Below the pieces are notes generated by a model that was not told where the DNA came from, did no database searches, and was given only the letters and a program-made list of their open reading frames with translations. Positions 43,412 through 45,907 of a DNA stretch of 45,907 nucleotides are shown one piece after another (positions within the stretch are counted from its first letter, which is position 1; the number at the start of each line of letters is the position of its first letter). A program made the position numbers and the translations under genes. The DNA is taken from positions 1 through 45,907 of the forward strand of contig JAFTHJ010000048.1 of the NCBI GenBank assembly GCA_017457465.1, in the 5' to 3' direction. The DNA is from Clostridia bacterium (GTDB taxonomy: Bacteria > Bacillota > Clostridia > Oscillospirales > CAG-272).

Positions 43412-44182
43412 TTGTGTATTAAAAAAATAGCGGGAGTGCTTCGTGCCGTATCAGGCTCACCCCACCCCAAAAATTTCACCTCGGCTGTCATAGCGGCAGC
43501 TGGAAGCTCGGTGCGCTTCGGCGGAGAGAATACGAAACAGATGACCGAGCTTTGCGGTGTTCCGCTTATAGTGCATACCATCAAAGCCTTTGAGGAATGT
43601 GAGTGCATCCACGAAATAATAATCGTGGCAAAGAAAAACGAGGTCGCGGAGTACGACCGGCTCTGCTCCGAGCACGGCTTCAAAAAAATATCCGCCGTCA
43701 TCGCGGGCGGATATACCCGTCAGGACTCGGTTCTCAAGGGACTTGACACGGTACACAAAAAATCAAAATATATCGCTATCGCCGACGGAGCGAGATGTCT
43801 CATCACGCCCGAGCAGATAGAGCAGGTATGCCGCGCGGCGTATAAATACGACGCGGCGACCGCCGCTCACAACTCGACCGATACGGTCAAAATTGCCGAT
43901 AGCAAGGGATTTATAGATTCCACCGCAGACAGAGCTACGGTATGGCTCGCGCAGACGCCTCAAGTCTTTAAAACCAAGCTTTATAGGGCGGCGGCTTATA
44001 CCGCGCTGAAAAAGGGCTTTGACGGAACCGACGACAATATGCTCGTTGAGAATGTAAAGCACCCCATAAGACTCGTTGAATGCGGAACCCAGAATATCAA
44101 GATAACGACACAGGCAGACCTTGTCTTTGCCGAGGCACTGCTTCGCCGCCGTGAGCTTGAGAAAAGCGTGGAGGACGTATGA
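43412..44182 (+). CDS. ispD: 2-C-methyl-D-erythritol 4-phosphate cytidylyltransferase
   Basis: [13 protein letters not shown]...KQ...L.G.P, with downstream GG..RQDSV motifs. The start is uncertain. TTG at 43412 lies 8 nt after GGAGG. The ORF-track GTG at 43403 overlaps that SD. Either choice gives an unusually long N-terminus. Confidence 0.85.
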   Translation: MCIKKIAGVLRAVSGSPHPKNFTSAVIAAAGSSVRFGGENTKQMTELCGVPLIVHTIKAFEECECIHEIIIVAKKNEVAEYDRLCSEHGFKKISAVIAGGYTRQDSVLKGLDTVHKKSKYIAIADGARCLITPEQIEQVCRAAYKYDAATAAHNSTDTVKIADSKGFIDSTADRATVWLAQTPQVFKTKLYRAAAYTALKKGFDGTDDNMLVENVKHPIRLVECGTQNIKITTQADLVFAEALLRRRELEKSVEDV

Positions 44183-44652
44183 GAATAGGTCACGGATATG
44201 ACGTTCACAAGCTCGTCGAAGGAAGAAAGCTCATCATCGGAGGCGTGGATATACCTCACGAAAAGGGACTTCTCGGACATTCTGATGCCGATGTCCTGCT
44301 TCACGCGGTTTCGGACGCCCTGCTTGGCGCCGCGGCTCTCGGAGATATAGGTAAGCTATTCCCCGACAGCGACGAGAAATTCAAGGATGCCGACAGTCTC
44401 GTGCTTCTGCGAAAGGTCGCCGCGCGTCTGTCTCAAGCGGGATACCGCGTTGTAAATGTAGATGCCACCGTTATCGCACAGGCACCCAAACTCGCGCCGC
44501 ACATTCACCGTATGCGCCAGAATATCGCGTTTGCGCTCGGCGTGAACATCTCGGCTGTAAGCGTCAAGGCTACCACCGAGGAGGGACTCGGCTTCTCGGG
44601 AGAGAAGCTCGGTATCGCCGCTCACGCGGTATGTCTTATAGAGGATAAATAA
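44179..44652 (+). CDS. ispF: 2-C-methyl-D-erythritol 2,4-cyclodiphosphate synthase
   Basis: [53 protein letters not shown]. It overlaps the ispD stop by 4 nt. Confidence 0.95.
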   Translation: MRIGHGYDVHKLVEGRKLIIGGVDIPHEKGLLGHSDADVLLHAVSDALLGAAALGDIGKLFPDSDEKFKDADSLVLLRKVAARLSQAGYRVVNVDATVIAQAPKLAPHIHRMRQNIAFALGVNISAVSVKATTEEGLGFSGEKLGIAAHAVCLIEDK

Positions 44653-44964
44653 TTCAAACGGAAATGCGGCGGAAAGATTATATCTCGCCGCCGCGCTTCC
44701 GCGCAGCGCAGCTCCCTCGGCTTCTAAACCTCACTGCCTTCTCTTGAAACGTCCCCGCCGAGCTTACTACGCGTATATTCTTCGGGATTGTACCCCTTAA
44801 TTATGATATGACGCTATGCCCTTTTCGTTATAGCGCCGCACGTCGGAGAGACTTTGTTTTTTTCTTATCCCTTGATTTTTCTCTCGAAAAAAGCTCTCTG
44901 ATACTCTTTGTCGACAGATTTTGACAGAAAAAATTTTTAATTTTTACGAAAGGATTCCCTTGTT

Positions 44965-45678
44965 ATGTTTATTATATCACCGTCAGTTCTCGCGGCTGAT
45001 TTTTCCCAACTCGGAGCCGAGATAAAAAAAGTGGAAAAAGCAGGTGCAAGTTATATACATCTCGATATTATGGACGGTCATTTCGTTCCGAATATAAGCT
45101 TCGGCGCCCCCGTTATAGCTTCGGTCAGAAAGAACACCTCTATAATTTTTGACGTCCATCTTATGATTACAAATCCCCAAAAATACGTAGACGATTTTCT
45201 GCGCGCGGGTGCTGATATCATCACATTCCACTACGAGAGCGACGACGACCCCGCAGAGGTTATCCAGTACGTAAAATCAAAAGAAGCGAGAGTCGGTATG
45301 GCAATAAAACCCGCAACTCCCGCAGAAGTGGTATTCCCTTTTCTTGAATCGCTCGATATGCTCCTCGTTATGACAGTCGAGCCCGGCTTTGGCGGTCAGA
45401 AAATGATACCCGAAACGATAGAAAAGGTTCGCGCTATCCGCACCTACGCGAATGAGCATAACATAAAAATAGATGTTCAGGTCGACGGAGGCATCAACGC
45501 CGATAACCTCAAAATGGCTACCGAGGCGGGTGCTAACGTTATCGTAGCAGGTTCAGCCGTATTTAACGCACCGCGCGCTAAAGATGTTATCGACAAAATG
45601 AAAAAGGTCGCCGACCTCTACCCATTCGGCAGCGGACTCGAAGAACGACTCGAAAAAGGAAAAGTCATAAAGAGATAG
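44965..45678 (+). CDS. rpe: ribulose-phosphate 3-epimerase
   Basis: ISPSVLAADFSQLG.EI......GA...HLDIMDGHFVPNISFG, MTVEPGFGGQ, and VDGGIN. Confidence 0.95.
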   Translation: MFIISPSVLAADFSQLGAEIKKVEKAGASYIHLDIMDGHFVPNISFGAPVIASVRKNTSIIFDVHLMITNPQKYVDDFLRAGADIITFHYESDDDPAEVIQYVKSKEARVGMAIKPATPAEVVFPFLESLDMLLVMTVEPGFGGQKMIPETIEKVRAIRTYANEHNIKIDVQVDGGINADNLKMATEAGANVIVAGSAVFNAPRAKDVIDKMKKVADLYPFGSGLEERLEKGKVIKR

Positions 45679-45696
45679 GGAATGCAGGTTTTATTC

Positions 45697-45838
45697 GGGG
45701 GGAACTTTTGAGGAAAGTCTAAAAGGCTGACGCCTTTTGCCAAGTTTGATTTGTCGGCTAAACACCGACATTTTGGGCGGAAACGCCCAAAAACATCAAA
45801 CATTGGTTCCTCTTGACTCCTCCAAACCTTTTTAAAGC
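45697..45838. repeat. copy of the 32357-type repeat split by an ~87-nt structured insertion
   Basis: Left part: GGGGGGAACTTTTGAGGAAAG (45697-45717). Right part: GGTTCCTCTTGACTCCTCCAAACCTTTTTAAAGC (45805-45838). These match the contiguous sequence at 32369-32421. The intervening 45718-45804 contains three hairpins. Confidence 0.65.
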
Positions 45839-45907
45839 TGGGATTGTCTAACCCATTTAGTTTATATATAATAAAAAAGACACCCCTCGGTACGCAAGTG
45901 TCCGAGG

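Overview
This is a 45.9 kb chromosomal segment from a spore-forming Firmicute (Clostridia; roughly 50-55% GC by eye). It is densely packed and mostly housekeeping.

Gene content, in order:
- Minus strand: mutS2, recO, era, ybeY, phoH, yqfD, yqfC. Then ylbJ on the plus strand.
- A tRNA-Trp / tRNA-Leu pair, followed by a GH43/GH51 arabinoxylan pair.
- purC, then a SCIFF ranthipeptide cassette (scfA-scfB) translationally coupled to a PLP-dependent decarboxylase-fold gene.
- An operon of three small uncharacterised proteins.
- A lipid kinase, yfcE-like, spoVG, murC, a methyltransferase, hslO, and two CotF-like coat genes.
- An AT-rich two-gene islet (SLOG/DUF2493 plus XRE).
- Citrate synthase, an SDR, a YhaO/YhaN (SbcCD-like) pair, an amidase-domain protein and an HMA protein.
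- truB, a nitroreductase, trmB, ychF.
- A large secreted transglutaminase-like protein and a degenerate asparagine-synthetase paralogue.
- Two ORFs below the track cut-off: a 52-aa membrane protein and a 25-aa SpoVM.
- fhs, tsaE, tsaB, rpiB, ispD, ispF, rpe.

I found no CRISPR array, rRNA, transposase, integrase or recognisable riboswitch.

I cannot point to one complete, clearly novel multi-gene system. The best second-look candidates are:
- the AT-rich SLOG+XRE islet with its palindromic operator;
- the scfAB plus PLP-enzyme arrangement;
- the truncated AsnB-like protein next to the transglutaminase-like protein;
- the three-gene small-protein operon;
- a dispersed GGGGAAC-hairpin repeat family, including a tandem pair inside the era operon and one copy with a nested structured insertion;
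- partial tRNA copies flanking both tRNA genes.

All functional calls come from reading motifs by eye. No searches were run.
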